Below, piece by piece: positions 1 through 8,445 of a DNA stretch of 16,785 nt; within the stretch, counting starts at the first letter, position 1, and each line of letters starts with the position of its first letter. The position numbers and the translations under genes are program-made. This DNA is from a bacterium (lineage in GTDB: Bacteria > UBA10199 > 2-02-FULL-44-16 > DYJF01). Location: assembly GCA_041739675.1 (NCBI GenBank), contig JBGSNL010000012.1, forward strand, positions 1-16,785. Reading direction: 5' to 3'. The notes under the pieces were generated by a model. It was not told the origin of the DNA. It saw only the letters and a list, made by a program, of their open reading frames with translations, and ran no database searches.

Positions 1-577
1 GCAACGAAGCCAGGGCATCGCCAAACCCTTCGTGTATGGCCCGCCCCTCACCCGACCACCAGTTCCCGAGCTTCGGGTTGATGTGGTCCAGCATCATGTG
101 GCCCGATTCGTGGATCGAGATGTCGCTGTCCGATGCAAGATGCCACTTGCCGTAGCCGGTCCCAAAAGTGAGATCGTCGCTCTCGCCGTCGTACCAAGCG
201 TTCAAATCGTCTATGGCGTTCGCATGCGCCACTATGGGATGCGCGGTGCCGTCGTGCTGTTTCCCAAGGATGCCGGGGACGTCAATTCCCATTCCGCCCA
301 GATATTTCTGAACATCGTTGAGAGATGTGTAGAGCTGCACCTGATCGAAACCGTCCGACGTGAGTTTTCCCTCACCATCAAACGGTGTATAAGTGAACAC
401 ACCGTTCAGCTTCGTCGTCCCGTCGACTTTGACAAGAGAACCGGCAAGCTCTGTAAATTTGCCTGCGTCATCGGGCACAAGATTCTCGATCGAGACCTCC
501 AGGGTCTCCTCGTCGCTCGAAACCCTGTTTTCCCTCTTCCAGACAATTCCTATGGGCAAAGATCCATCAATGAACAT
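1..577 (-). CDS. M4/M36 (thermolysin/fungalysin-like) zinc metallopeptidase, 5' part; continues beyond the left edge
   Basis: Not in the ORF track because it has no stop in the window. Manual translation from ATG at 577 (SD AAGGAG upstream) gives MFIDGSLPIG...DDLNAWYDG...DISIHESGHMMLD...GEGRAIHEGFGDALASL. This has NAWY (NAFW-like), HExxH and a downstream third-ligand ExxxD motif at gluzincin spacing. Confidence 0.9.
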   Translation of the reverse strand, partial: MFIDGSLPIGIVWKRENRVSSDEETLEVSIENLVPDDAGKFTELAGSLVKVDGTTKLNGVFTYTPFDGEGKLTSDGFDQVQLYTSLNDVQKYLGGMGIDVPGILGKQHDGTAHPIVAHANAIDDLNAWYDGESDDLTFGTGYGKWHLASDSDISIHESGHMMLDHINPKLGNWWSGEGRAIHEGFGDALASL

Positions 578-690
578 AAATGCTCCTTTCGACTTATGTC
601 AGAAGCAACAGTCGTCTTGGAACTTTGATGTAATCAAGCCACGTCTGTTGGAATTTTATTTGTTCTCGAAACTTGAGAATGGAAGGGAAG

Positions 691-879
691 TCAGAAGTCG
701 ATGGTCACCCATCTGCCCATCCATTCCTTTGGAGTTTTCGGCGGAACGATATGGAAGTGAGGAAGGATCTGACAGGAGGCTGACCTATTGGCCCTCTGTA
801 TGACAGCCCAGTGGCGAGGCTCCTTCTTTGCCCCGGGGAAGAAGCTTCTTAAGACTTTTTTTGACCAGAATACCGGCAT
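691..879 (-). CDS. Putative small protein / upstream ORF (62 aa, MPVFWSKK...WVTIDF)
   Basis: SD AAGGAG (885-890) lies 5 nt before the ATG at 879, just downstream of a strong sigma-70 promoter. No recognisable homology. Confidence 0.35.
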   Translation of the reverse strand: MPVFWSKKVLRSFFPGAKKEPRHWAVIQRANRSASCQILPHFHIVPPKTPKEWMGRWVTIDF

Positions 880-911
880 CGACACTCCTTACCGGTTTTT
901 GAATTTGGCGC

Positions 912-940
912 ATTATACCGTTTTGGGAAGGACCATACAA
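912..940 (-). promoter_or_regulatory. Sigma-70-type promoter for the small ORF / metallopeptidase
   Basis: Minus strand reads TTGTAT (940-935), 17-nt spacer, TATAAT (917-912). Confidence 0.7.
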
Positions 941-990
941 AGGAAATAATTACGCACTGCGTGATGAAATTTGCAACCAGCTGAAATCAT

Positions 991-1950
991 TTACATATGT
1001 TGTATCCAGCCCTCGGTTAATCCCCACTTGTGAAGGGCCGCTTCGGCCTCTTTGAATTCCTCTTTTGTGATTTGGCGGCCAAGGACCGGATCGCCCACCG
1101 CTTTGTGTGCGGGAAAATATTGGCTCATCAAATTAACTGGGACGTCTTTCGAGAGTTCGGTCGCGATGAATTCAAAAATCTTTTCGCTCGATGAGAGCCC
1201 TCCCGGCAAAACAAGATGGCGGATGAGAATTCCTTTAACTCCTATTCCATCTTCATCCATGACAAGGGGACCGACCTGGCGATGCATCTCCTTGATTGCG
1301 GGACGAACCGCGTCCCAATATTTTGTCGCTCCGGAATAGCGCTCCGCAATTTCGTGCTCGCAATATTTTATGTCGGGCATGTAGATATCGACGACGCCGT
1401 CCAAAAGTTTCAAGGCCTCAAGGCCGTCGTAACCGCTGCAATTGTAAACGATCGGGATTTTAAGACCGTTTTTCGCGGCAATTGTGAGTCCCGCCAGAAA
1501 TTGCGCAACGACATGAGAGGGGGTCACAAGATTTATGTTGTGCGCGCCCCTATCCTGGAGACGAAGCATCATATCCGCAAGCTCGTGAGGCGTTGCACAT
1601 TCTCCGTTACCTAACTGGCTTATCGGATAATTCTGGCAGAAGACGCATCTCAAATTGCAGTTCGAAAAAAATATCGTGCCGGAACCTCTTGTGCCCGAAA
1701 TCGGCGGTTCTTCTCCGTTATGAAGATTGGAGCTTGCCACCTTACAAACTTTTCCGGTGCGGCAAAATCCCCACCCGCCATGCGAGCCTGCGTCTCGCAG
1801 GCGAGGCGGGCGGGCCAACTCGTTTTTAAGCCTGTTCACCGCGCAGTTTCTGGGACACAACATGCACGAGCGCATAGCTCCGTATGCGAGACCCGCACGC
1901 CTCGCAAGTTCGCCGTTTTTGGACAGATTTAAATAAGAGGGGCTACCCAT
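991..1950 (-). CDS. Radical SAM protein, PflX-like (COG1313, putative PFL-activating enzyme family)
   Basis: CNLRCVFC (CxxxCxxC), N-terminal CxxCPRxC, H.GEEPPISG.RGSGTIFF, RHLVLPG and NLMSQYFP family motifs. Start moved to the ATG at 1950, 1 nt after the upstream gene's stop. Confidence 0.9.
   Translation of the reverse strand: MGSPSYLNLSKNGELARRAGLAYGAMRSCMLCPRNCAVNRLKNELARPPRLRDAGSHGGWGFCRTGKVCKVASSNLHNGEEPPISGTRGSGTIFFSNCNLRCVFCQNYPISQLGNGECATPHELADMMLRLQDRGAHNINLVTPSHVVAQFLAGLTIAAKNGLKIPIVYNCSGYDGLEALKLLDGVVDIYMPDIKYCEHEIAERYSGATKYWDAVRPAIKEMHRQVGPLVMDEDGIGVKGILIRHLVLPGGLSSSEKIFEFIATELSKDVPVNLMSQYFPAHKAVGDPVLGRQITKEEFKEAEAALHKWGLTEGWIQHM
1770..1814. repeat. 45-bp palindromic element inserted in frame in the radical SAM gene
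   Basis: On the - strand, ends CCCGCCCGCC...GGCGGGTGGG with inner stem GCCTGCG-AGA-CGCAGGC. Removing it restores GAG TTG GGA TTT TGC (ELGFC). Confidence 0.8.
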
Positions 1951-1951
1951 A

Positions 1952-3121
1952 TCAGTACAGAAGTGCTTTGCTTCTTTTCTCCGCAAAACCGGCGGACGGT
2001 TCGGCAAGAACTCTCAACTCATCAAAACCCTTATCGATATTTTCCCTGAAGAAGGACGAACCGGTGAGCAGATCGATCGCGGGTTTATCCGACACAAATT
2101 CGTATTTCTCCTTTCTCCAGGCAAACCCGTCTTTCTTATATAATCTGTGTGCCGCCCAGATGAAAGCAAGTCCGGTCAAATACGGCCTGAACGCTTTTTC
2201 GTCTGTGATCGTCCAGCGCACGCCGTTGCATATTGCCCCGGTCCATTTCTGCATGGTTGGAATAAAAGAGGTTGGTGCCAACTTCACGCCCGGAAGATTC
2301 AATTTTTCAGTCGCATAAATAAGATTTTCCGAATCGATATATGGGGCCCCCACAATTTCAAACGGGGTATCGGTGCCGCGCCCCTCCGACATATTTGTGC
2401 CCTCCACCAGGCACATACCGGGATAGAGAAGTGCGGCGTTGAAAGACCTCATATTGGGGGAGGGATTCACCCACTTGAGATTTGTATCTCTCCAGAACCA
2501 TTGACGATTCCAGCCTTCCATCTTCACAATATGGAGATCCGCACCTATTTTCTCCTTATCATTAATATAGCTGGCAATCTCGCCTATGGTCATGGCGTGG
2601 CGGATGGGCAGGCGGTGAAGGCCGACAAACGATTCAAAACCCTTTTCCTGCAACGCGCCTTCGCAATCGACACCGTTTATGGGGTTGGGGCGGTCCAATA
2701 TGACGACCCTCTTTTTCCTCTTCGCGCAGGCCTTCATGCACAAAACGGCGGTCCAGACGTATGTGTAATATCTCGAACCGACATCCTGAAGATCAATTAC
2801 AAGGACATCGATATTGGAAAGCATCTCGTCTGTGGGGGTCAAGGATTCAAAACTATCGCCGTAGAGGCTATATATAGGCAGTTTTCTGTTATAATCTGGG
2901 AAATCAAAGCTTGCGACCGGCTCCATATCCTGGGCTTTAGTGGCGATTCCGTGCTCCGGGCCGAAAAGCGCCTGAAGATCGATGTCCTTTTCCGATCCGA
3001 AGATATCCACGGCGTGCCGGCCGGCGGAGTCTATGCTCGCCTGATTGGCGAGAAGACCCACTTTGCACCCCTCGACCAGGTGTCTTTCCTTTGTCAGAAT
3101 GATGTCTATCCCCAGCTTCAT
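1952..3121 (-). CDS. namZ: Exo-beta-N-acetylmuramidase NamZ family (DUF1343/YbbC)
   Basis: VGLLANQAS, LFGPEHG, IDLQDVGSRYYTY, LDRPNPING, PSPNM and SEGRGT motifs. Start taken at MKLGID (3121); TTG at 3133 is an alternative. No signal peptide evident. Confidence 0.9.
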   Translation of the reverse strand: MKLGIDIILTKERHLVEGCKVGLLANQASIDSAGRHAVDIFGSEKDIDLQALFGPEHGIATKAQDMEPVASFDFPDYNRKLPIYSLYGDSFESLTPTDEMLSNIDVLVIDLQDVGSRYYTYVWTAVLCMKACAKRKKRVVILDRPNPINGVDCEGALQEKGFESFVGLHRLPIRHAMTIGEIASYINDKEKIGADLHIVKMEGWNRQWFWRDTNLKWVNPSPNMRSFNAALLYPGMCLVEGTNMSEGRGTDTPFEIVGAPYIDSENLIYATEKLNLPGVKLAPTSFIPTMQKWTGAICNGVRWTITDEKAFRPYLTGLAFIWAAHRLYKKDGFAWRKEKYEFVSDKPAIDLLTGSSFFRENIDKGFDELRVLAEPSAGFAEKRSKALLY

Positions 3122-3122
3122 C

Positions 3123-3151
3123 TTGACAATCAATACCCAATTCTTTAGAAA
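3123..3151 (+). promoter_or_regulatory. Sigma-70-type promoter for the OPT operon
   Basis: TTGACA (3123-3128), 17-nt spacer, TAGAAA (3146-3151), about 30 nt before the OPT SD and ATG. Confidence 0.55.
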
Positions 3152-3183
3152 AATCAAAGTTTTTCACAATAAGGGGGTTGCCA

Positions 3184-5238
3184 ATGGAACATCAGAACGT
3201 GGGAGTAGCGGGACTGCCGACGAACGCATACACCGAACTCAAACCCGGCGAAAAATATGTGCCGATAGTTCCGGCGGAGATGAAAGTTTTGGAGTTCTCA
3301 TTCCGTTCGATTTTTTACGGAATAATAATGGCGATTCTGTTTTCCGGCGCCGCAGCGTTTCTTGGTCTGAAGATCGCCCAGGTATTTGAAGCTGCAATTC
3401 CAATCGCAATCCTGGCCGTCGGAATCGGAACGCTCTATCGCCGAAAGAGCACCATACTTGAAAACGTCATCATACAATCGATCGGCGCGGCATCCGGACT
3501 TGTAGTTGCCGGCGCAATCTTCACGCTGCCCGCGCTTTTTATTCTGGGCCTCGATAAGCTCACAAATCTCTTCCAGCTTTTCATGGTTGCGACACTCGGC
3601 GGAGTGTTGGGCGTCTTCTTTTTAGTTCCGCTCAGAAGATATTTCGTGTCCGATCAGCACGGCAAGCTCCCGTTCCCGGAAGCAACTGCAACGACCGAAG
3701 TTCTGGTGGCCGGCGCAAAGGGCGGCGCGCATGCGAAGGTCCTCGCGGTCGCGGCCCTCATCGGCGGCGTCTACGACTTTCTGTCGATTGCGATGCGCGC
3801 GTGGAGCGAAGAGTTCACAACCGCAATGGTCGGTTCGCTGAGCTTTCTTACCGAAAAAGTGAAGATGGTCTTTTCGATAAACACCGGCGCCGCAGTCATG
3901 GGGTTGGGATACATCGTCGGCATCCGCTACGCCACGATCATCGCGTGCGGTTCTTTCCTGTCGTGGTTCGTTTTGATCCCGATCTTCAATCACATTGGAG
4001 TCGCCCTCTCGCCTGAAGTGCCAGGCATGGCCCCGCTTATCCTCGCGCCGGCAGATGTGCCGATCGCAACGATGGGAGCCGAGCAAATATTTAAAAACTA
4101 CGTCCGCTACATAGGCATCGGCGGAATTTTCGCCGCCGGCATCATAGGGATCATCAAATCGTTCCCGATCATCGTCCAGGCGTTCACAAAGGGTTTCAAA
4201 GAGATCTTCGCATCGCGCAAGGCGCATGAAGGCGAAGGAGTCGTCGAAAGAACCCAGCGCGACATACCGATGTCCATCATCAGTGTCGGAATTATCCTGC
4301 TTATCGCCGTCACGTGGGTCTTCTTCCGCTACTCCGTTCTCGACATGCAGGCTAACCCCTTTATCTTGAGCCTCATCGCGTTGGCCGTCGCGTTCATAGT
4401 CTCGTTCCTGTTCACGACTGTTTCGGCTCGCGCAATCGCAATTGTGGGCATCAACCCGGTTTCGGGGATGACGCTCATGACGCTCATAATCTCTTCTTTG
4501 ATACTTATCGCCGCCGGCCTCACGGGCGAGCACGGGATGATGGCCGCACTTCTCATAGGCGGTGTTGTCTGCACAGCGCTCGCGATGGCGGGCGGAACGA
4601 TAACCGATCTGAAGATCGGATACTGGATCGGCGCAACACCGGCGCGCCAGCAGTGGTGCAAAATTCTGGGCACGGTCTTCGCGGCCGGAACGGTGGCCCT
4701 TGTGATCATGATGCTTAACAAAGTTTACGGTTTCGCGCCGTCACCTGAGCATCCAAATCCGCTGCCCGCGCCGCAGGCCAACGCAATGGCAGCCGTGATC
4801 AAGGGAGTCATGGCGGCAAAGGGTGCGCCGTGGATGCTCTACGCGATCGGCGCGATCATCGCCGTGATAGTCAACATGATGGGAATAGCGCCTCTGGCCT
4901 TCGCGCTCGGCATGTACATTCCGCTTTCTCTCAATACACCGATACTCGTCGGTGCGCTGGTCGCAAAGTTCGTCGAGATGAGCGCGGGCAACGACACGAA
5001 TCTTGCCAACCGCAGGCGCGAACGCGGAACCCTTATCGCATCCGGCTTTATTGCGGGCGGAGCGCTCCTGGGAGTTATCGGCGCCGTGATCAAATACATC
5101 GAGTCGGAAACAGGCACACAGATCCTGCACGACTTTGCAAACGTCGGCGCAGCAGGCAACTGGTTGTCGCTCGCGATGCTGGTCGTCATCTGCATATATG
5201 TGTATGTGGATGCGACTCGCGCGAAGAACGATGCATAA
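3184..5238 (+). CDS. OPT family oligopeptide transporter
   Basis: Many hydrophobic segments; GLKIAQVFEAAIPIAI, ENVIIQSIG, LPFPEATA, NPVSGMTL, DLKIGYWIGATP and LPAPQA motifs. SD AAGGGGG precedes the ATG at 3184. Confidence 0.93.
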   Translation: MEHQNVGVAGLPTNAYTELKPGEKYVPIVPAEMKVLEFSFRSIFYGIIMAILFSGAAAFLGLKIAQVFEAAIPIAILAVGIGTLYRRKSTILENVIIQSIGAASGLVVAGAIFTLPALFILGLDKLTNLFQLFMVATLGGVLGVFFLVPLRRYFVSDQHGKLPFPEATATTEVLVAGAKGGAHAKVLAVAALIGGVYDFLSIAMRAWSEEFTTAMVGSLSFLTEKVKMVFSINTGAAVMGLGYIVGIRYATIIACGSFLSWFVLIPIFNHIGVALSPEVPGMAPLILAPADVPIATMGAEQIFKNYVRYIGIGGIFAAGIIGIIKSFPIIVQAFTKGFKEIFASRKAHEGEGVVERTQRDIPMSIISVGIILLIAVTWVFFRYSVLDMQANPFILSLIALAVAFIVSFLFTTVSARAIAIVGINPVSGMTLMTLIISSLILIAAGLTGEHGMMAALLIGGVVCTALAMAGGTITDLKIGYWIGATPARQQWCKILGTVFAAGTVALVIMMLNKVYGFAPSPEHPNPLPAPQANAMAAVIKGVMAAKGAPWMLYAIGAIIAVIVNMMGIAPLAFALGMYIPLSLNTPILVGALVAKFVEMSAGNDTNLANRRRERGTLIASGFIAGGALLGVIGAVIKYIESETGTQILHDFANVGAAGNWLSLAMLVVICIYVYVDATRAKNDA

Positions 5239-5255
5239 CAGCAAAGGAGTCTAAC

Positions 5256-6515
5256 ATGGCACCGAAGGAAACTCTTCTCGACCGTTTTTTGAAATACGTG
5301 AAGGTGGACACGCGGGCGATTCATGATCAAAAACAGGTGCCCAGTTCACCGGGCCAGTGCGAGCTTGCAAAAATAGTCGTGGAAGATCTTAAAAACGCGG
5401 GCGTTGCCGACGTCAAGATGACGAACGAGTGCTACATCTATGGCACGATCCCTTCCAACGTCCCTTCCGGCCACAAGGCGTCGGGCAAGGTGCCGACGAT
5501 CGGCTATCTTTCGCATTTGGATACGGCCAACGAATGCTCCGGTGCGAACGTGAAGCCGCAGATCATCAAAAATTATAACGGAAAAGATATTCCGCTCCCC
5601 GGCAACAAATCGCTCACCCTCAAGGTGGACGAAGAGCCGGAGCTTGCGAAGTGCGTCGGGCACACGGTTATCACTACCGATGGAACCACACTCTTGGGTT
5701 GTGACGACAAGGCCGGCATCGCGGCCATTATTGAAATGGCCCACTATTTCAAAGATCATCCGGACAAACTCCACGGCAAGATCAGGATCGCCGTCATCCC
5801 CGACGAAGAGCTGGGAATTGGCGCTGAAAAACTAGATCTCAAAGAATTCGGCTGTGATGTTGCCTACACCGTCGACGGCGGGGGCTTAGGTGAAATCGAC
5901 ACTGAAAGCTTCAACGGCTACAAAGGCAAGGTAAAGGTGGAAGGGTACGCGGCGTTCCCGGGATATGGAAAGGGCATCTATCTCAACGCAACGAAGGTTC
6001 TTTCCGAATTCGTGGCGATGATGCCGGAAAACATGTGGCCCGAGAATTGCGACGGCCGCCAGGGAATCTGGTGGACAGACGACTTCAAGGGCGGCGTGGC
6101 GAATGCGGAGATGGACGTATATCTTCGCGACTTTGACGTCGAGGGCATCAAGGAAAAAGAGCATATCTTAGAGGGCATCAAGGACAAGCTTCTTAAAAAA
6201 TATCCGAAGGCAAAGATCAGCGTGAATATCGGCGAGACCTACAAAAATTACAGATACGAGCTCGACAAGGATAAGCGTGTCGTTGCCTACGCCGAAGAGG
6301 CGATGAAGAAAATCGGTCTCACGCCCCAGCACCATTCCGTGCGCGGCGGAAACGACTCGTGCCACCTTTGCTTCTCCGGCCTTTTGTCGACGAACCTCTT
6401 CATCGGCATGCAGAGGATGCACTCCTTAAAGGAGTGGACATCTCTCAACGTGATGGAAAAGGCGGTCGAGACGCTCGTCTCCTTGACGAACGTGTGGTTT
6501 GAAAAGAGCGCCTGA
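5256..6515 (+). CDS. pepT: Peptidase T-like M20B tripeptide aminopeptidase (divergent)
   Basis: LLDRFLKYVKVDT start; metal ligands HLDT, GCDDKAG, PDEE, YTVDGG and C-terminal HS.KE. SD AAGGAG precedes the ATG at 5256. The 4830 start in the ORF track is an artefactual extension. Confidence 0.9.
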   Translation: MAPKETLLDRFLKYVKVDTRAIHDQKQVPSSPGQCELAKIVVEDLKNAGVADVKMTNECYIYGTIPSNVPSGHKASGKVPTIGYLSHLDTANECSGANVKPQIIKNYNGKDIPLPGNKSLTLKVDEEPELAKCVGHTVITTDGTTLLGCDDKAGIAAIIEMAHYFKDHPDKLHGKIRIAVIPDEELGIGAEKLDLKEFGCDVAYTVDGGGLGEIDTESFNGYKGKVKVEGYAAFPGYGKGIYLNATKVLSEFVAMMPENMWPENCDGRQGIWWTDDFKGGVANAEMDVYLRDFDVEGIKEKEHILEGIKDKLLKKYPKAKISVNIGETYKNYRYELDKDKRVVAYAEEAMKKIGLTPQHHSVRGGNDSCHLCFSGLLSTNLFIGMQRMHSLKEWTSLNVMEKAVETLVSLTNVWFEKSA

Positions 6516-6525
6516 AGGAGTTTTT

Positions 6526-6915
6526 ATGACGACCCGGATGATACAGACCGACAAGGCGCCGAAGGCCATAGGGCCGTATTCTCAGGCCGTTCAGGCGGGC
6601 AACCTCCTTTTCATTTCGGGGCAGATTCCGCTTGATCCCAAGACGGGCGAGTTAAATCTCTTCAACGGCAACGCCGCCGATCAGACAAAGCTCGTCATGA
6701 CAAATCTCAAGGGAATTCTGGAATCGCAGGGACTCACTTTTGAAAACGTCATCAAGACCACAATCTTTCTTTCGAATATGGAAGATTTCGGAAAGGTTAA
6801 TGAAGTCTATGCGGGCTTTTTCAACGACTATAAACCCGCGCGCGCCTGCATTCAGGTGGCCCGCCTTCCAAAAGACGTGTCGGTCGAGATAGAAGCGGTC
6901 GCACTAATAAGCTAA
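6526..6915 (+). CDS. ridA: RidA family enamine/imine deaminase
   Basis: APKAIGPYSQA, FISGQIP, KTTIFL, PARAC (catalytic Arg) and LPKDVSVEIE motifs. SD AAGGAG precedes the ATG at 6526. Confidence 0.93.
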   Translation: MTTRMIQTDKAPKAIGPYSQAVQAGNLLFISGQIPLDPKTGELNLFNGNAADQTKLVMTNLKGILESQGLTFENVIKTTIFLSNMEDFGKVNEVYAGFFNDYKPARACIQVARLPKDVSVEIEAVALIS

Positions 6916-6998
6916 AAGCGCAAAGTGAAAAACTCAAAACCAAAAGTTAAAATTCAAAACGTTTTGAATTTTAAGCTATGGCTTTGCGCTTTTAGTTT
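6909..6998. repeat. AT-rich nested palindrome spanning the ridA stop and nucleotidase start
   Basis: Perfect 28-bp palindrome TTAAAATTCAAAAC|GTTTTGAATTTTAA (6947-6974) inside outer arms CTAAAAGCGCAAAG (6912-6925) and CTTTGCGCTTTTAG (6982-6995). Confidence 0.75.
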
Positions 6999-8445
6999 TT
7001 CGCTATTCACTTCCACTGCATTTGCCGAGCCGACCCATCTCACCATCCTTCACTTCAACGACCTCCACGGACACATTGAAGCAGAATGCGTTAAAAACGT
7101 CTGCGAGGGTGGTGCGGCGCGCATGGCCTCGCTCATCAAGGATATTGAAAACGAAAACGCCAAAAAAAGATGGAAGACCCTTCTCCTTTTCGGAGGAGAT
7201 GCCTTCAGTGGAACACTCATATCAAGCGAATTCAAGGGAGAGGCTGAATTCAAAGTTTTAGAGGCGTTGGGTGTCGATGCGATGGTTTTGGGCAATCATG
7301 ATTTCGACTACTCTCTTCCCGTTCTTGAAAAGAGGATTCATGAGGTGAAATTCCCCGTTCTGGCGGCAAACGTCCATGACAAAAAAACAAGAGAGCTAAT
7401 CACAGAACCGGCCCTTACTTTGATAACATGGCCCTCCGGCGACTCCATTTACGTCGTGGGCCTCGTCTCAAAAAATACCCCCCAATTGACCAATCCTAAA
7501 AATGTCGAAGGTCTTGTTTTTGGCGATCCGATCAAGACGGCGCAAATCTATTTAAATACGGTGCGAAAACACAAACAGTACGTCATGCGCATCGCCCTTA
7601 CGCACGAAGGTGTCGCTGCCGATGTGAAGCTTGCCGAAAAGACAAAAGGGTTCGATGTGATTGTCGGCGGACACGATCACGTTAGGTCCGGCGAATATTG
7701 CAGAACTGTGAAAAAAATTCCCGTCTGTCAGACGCCGGCAAACGGAAAATATCTCGGGAAACTCGATTTTGAAATCGACGGCAAAAAGGTGACGCTCGTC
7801 GGCGAAGAGCTCATTCCAGTTGAAAAAGAAGGCAAAGAAGATTCGACCGTTGCCGCCATCGTAGATGCATATGGTAAAAAGGTTGGCACAAAATACGATA
7901 ACGTCATAGGGCAGGCGCTTTCAAATTTTCCGGCCATGCGCGGGGGTGAATCGCCAATGGGAAATCTGGTCGCTGACGCGATCCGCGACGTTGCAAAGAC
8001 CAATATAGCGCTCATGAACAGTGGCGGGATCCGCACGTCGATCAAAAAGGGGCCGATAACACCGCGCAAAGTGAACGAGATCCTGCCTTTTGATAATTAC
8101 ATCGTGAAGCTCGATCTCACTGGCGCAGAGATAGAAAAAATTCTGAACTTCTCGGTTTCAAAGGGGGGCGGGGCATTTTTGCAGATATCGGGCGCCACGT
8201 TCAGCATTGAAGATAAGAAGGCCGCAAACATAAAAATAGGCGGCGAACCCGTCGAAGAGAATAAACGTTATTCCGTTGCGACGCTGGATTTCATATCGAA
8301 CGGCGGAGACGGCTTCACGATGCTCAAATCAAAGACCGTCCAGTCTTTGAACATTTTCGTCCGCGATGCGCTGATAGGTTATATAAAAGAAAAAAAGAGG
8401 ATTTCCGCAGCGCCGCTCGGAAGGATAACTAACTCTGGGACATAA
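6925..8445 (+). CDS. Exported bifunctional 5'-nucleotidase/UDP-sugar hydrolase (UshA-like)
   Basis: HFNDLHG, GGDAFSG, GNHDFD, LTHEG and GGHDH motifs, plus a C-terminal domain (NSGGIR, ILPFDN, GGDGF). Sec signal ends at AFA|E. Exact start uncertain. Confidence 0.92.
   Translation: MKNSKPKVKIQNVLNFKLWLCAFSFSLFTSTAFAEPTHLTILHFNDLHGHIEAECVKNVCEGGAARMASLIKDIENENAKKRWKTLLLFGGDAFSGTLISSEFKGEAEFKVLEALGVDAMVLGNHDFDYSLPVLEKRIHEVKFPVLAANVHDKKTRELITEPALTLITWPSGDSIYVVGLVSKNTPQLTNPKNVEGLVFGDPIKTAQIYLNTVRKHKQYVMRIALTHEGVAADVKLAEKTKGFDVIVGGHDHVRSGEYCRTVKKIPVCQTPANGKYLGKLDFEIDGKKVTLVGEELIPVEKEGKEDSTVAAIVDAYGKKVGTKYDNVIGQALSNFPAMRGGESPMGNLVADAIRDVAKTNIALMNSGGIRTSIKKGPITPRKVNEILPFDNYIVKLDLTGAEIEKILNFSVSKGGGAFLQISGATFSIEDKKAANIKIGGEPVEENKRYSVATLDFISNGGDGFTMLKSKTVQSLNIFVRDALIGYIKEKKRISAAPLGRITNSGT

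Noticed and set aside
32..628. 198-aa + strand ORF (and 393-803)
   Set aside because: Antisense shadow of the metallopeptidase, which has clear catalytic motifs and an SD.
735..742. GCCGAAAA on the - strand as a second sigma-28 box
   Set aside because: Imperfect match, no convincing -35, about 160 nt from the ATG, and a better sigma-70 promoter exists.
780..840. GCCACTG on the - strand suggesting a cobalamin riboswitch
   Set aside because: Other conserved cobalamin riboswitch elements are not visible and the downstream gene is unrelated to B12.
2147..4533. Long antisense ORFs 2147-3148 (+) and 3622-4533 (-)
   Set aside because: They lie wholly opposite namZ and OPT, have no motifs, and are expected from codon bias.
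4830..5255. Apparent 142-aa N-terminal extension of PepT
   Set aside because: Overlaps OPT in another frame, is Arg-rich nonsense, and the SD plus family N-terminus start at 5256.
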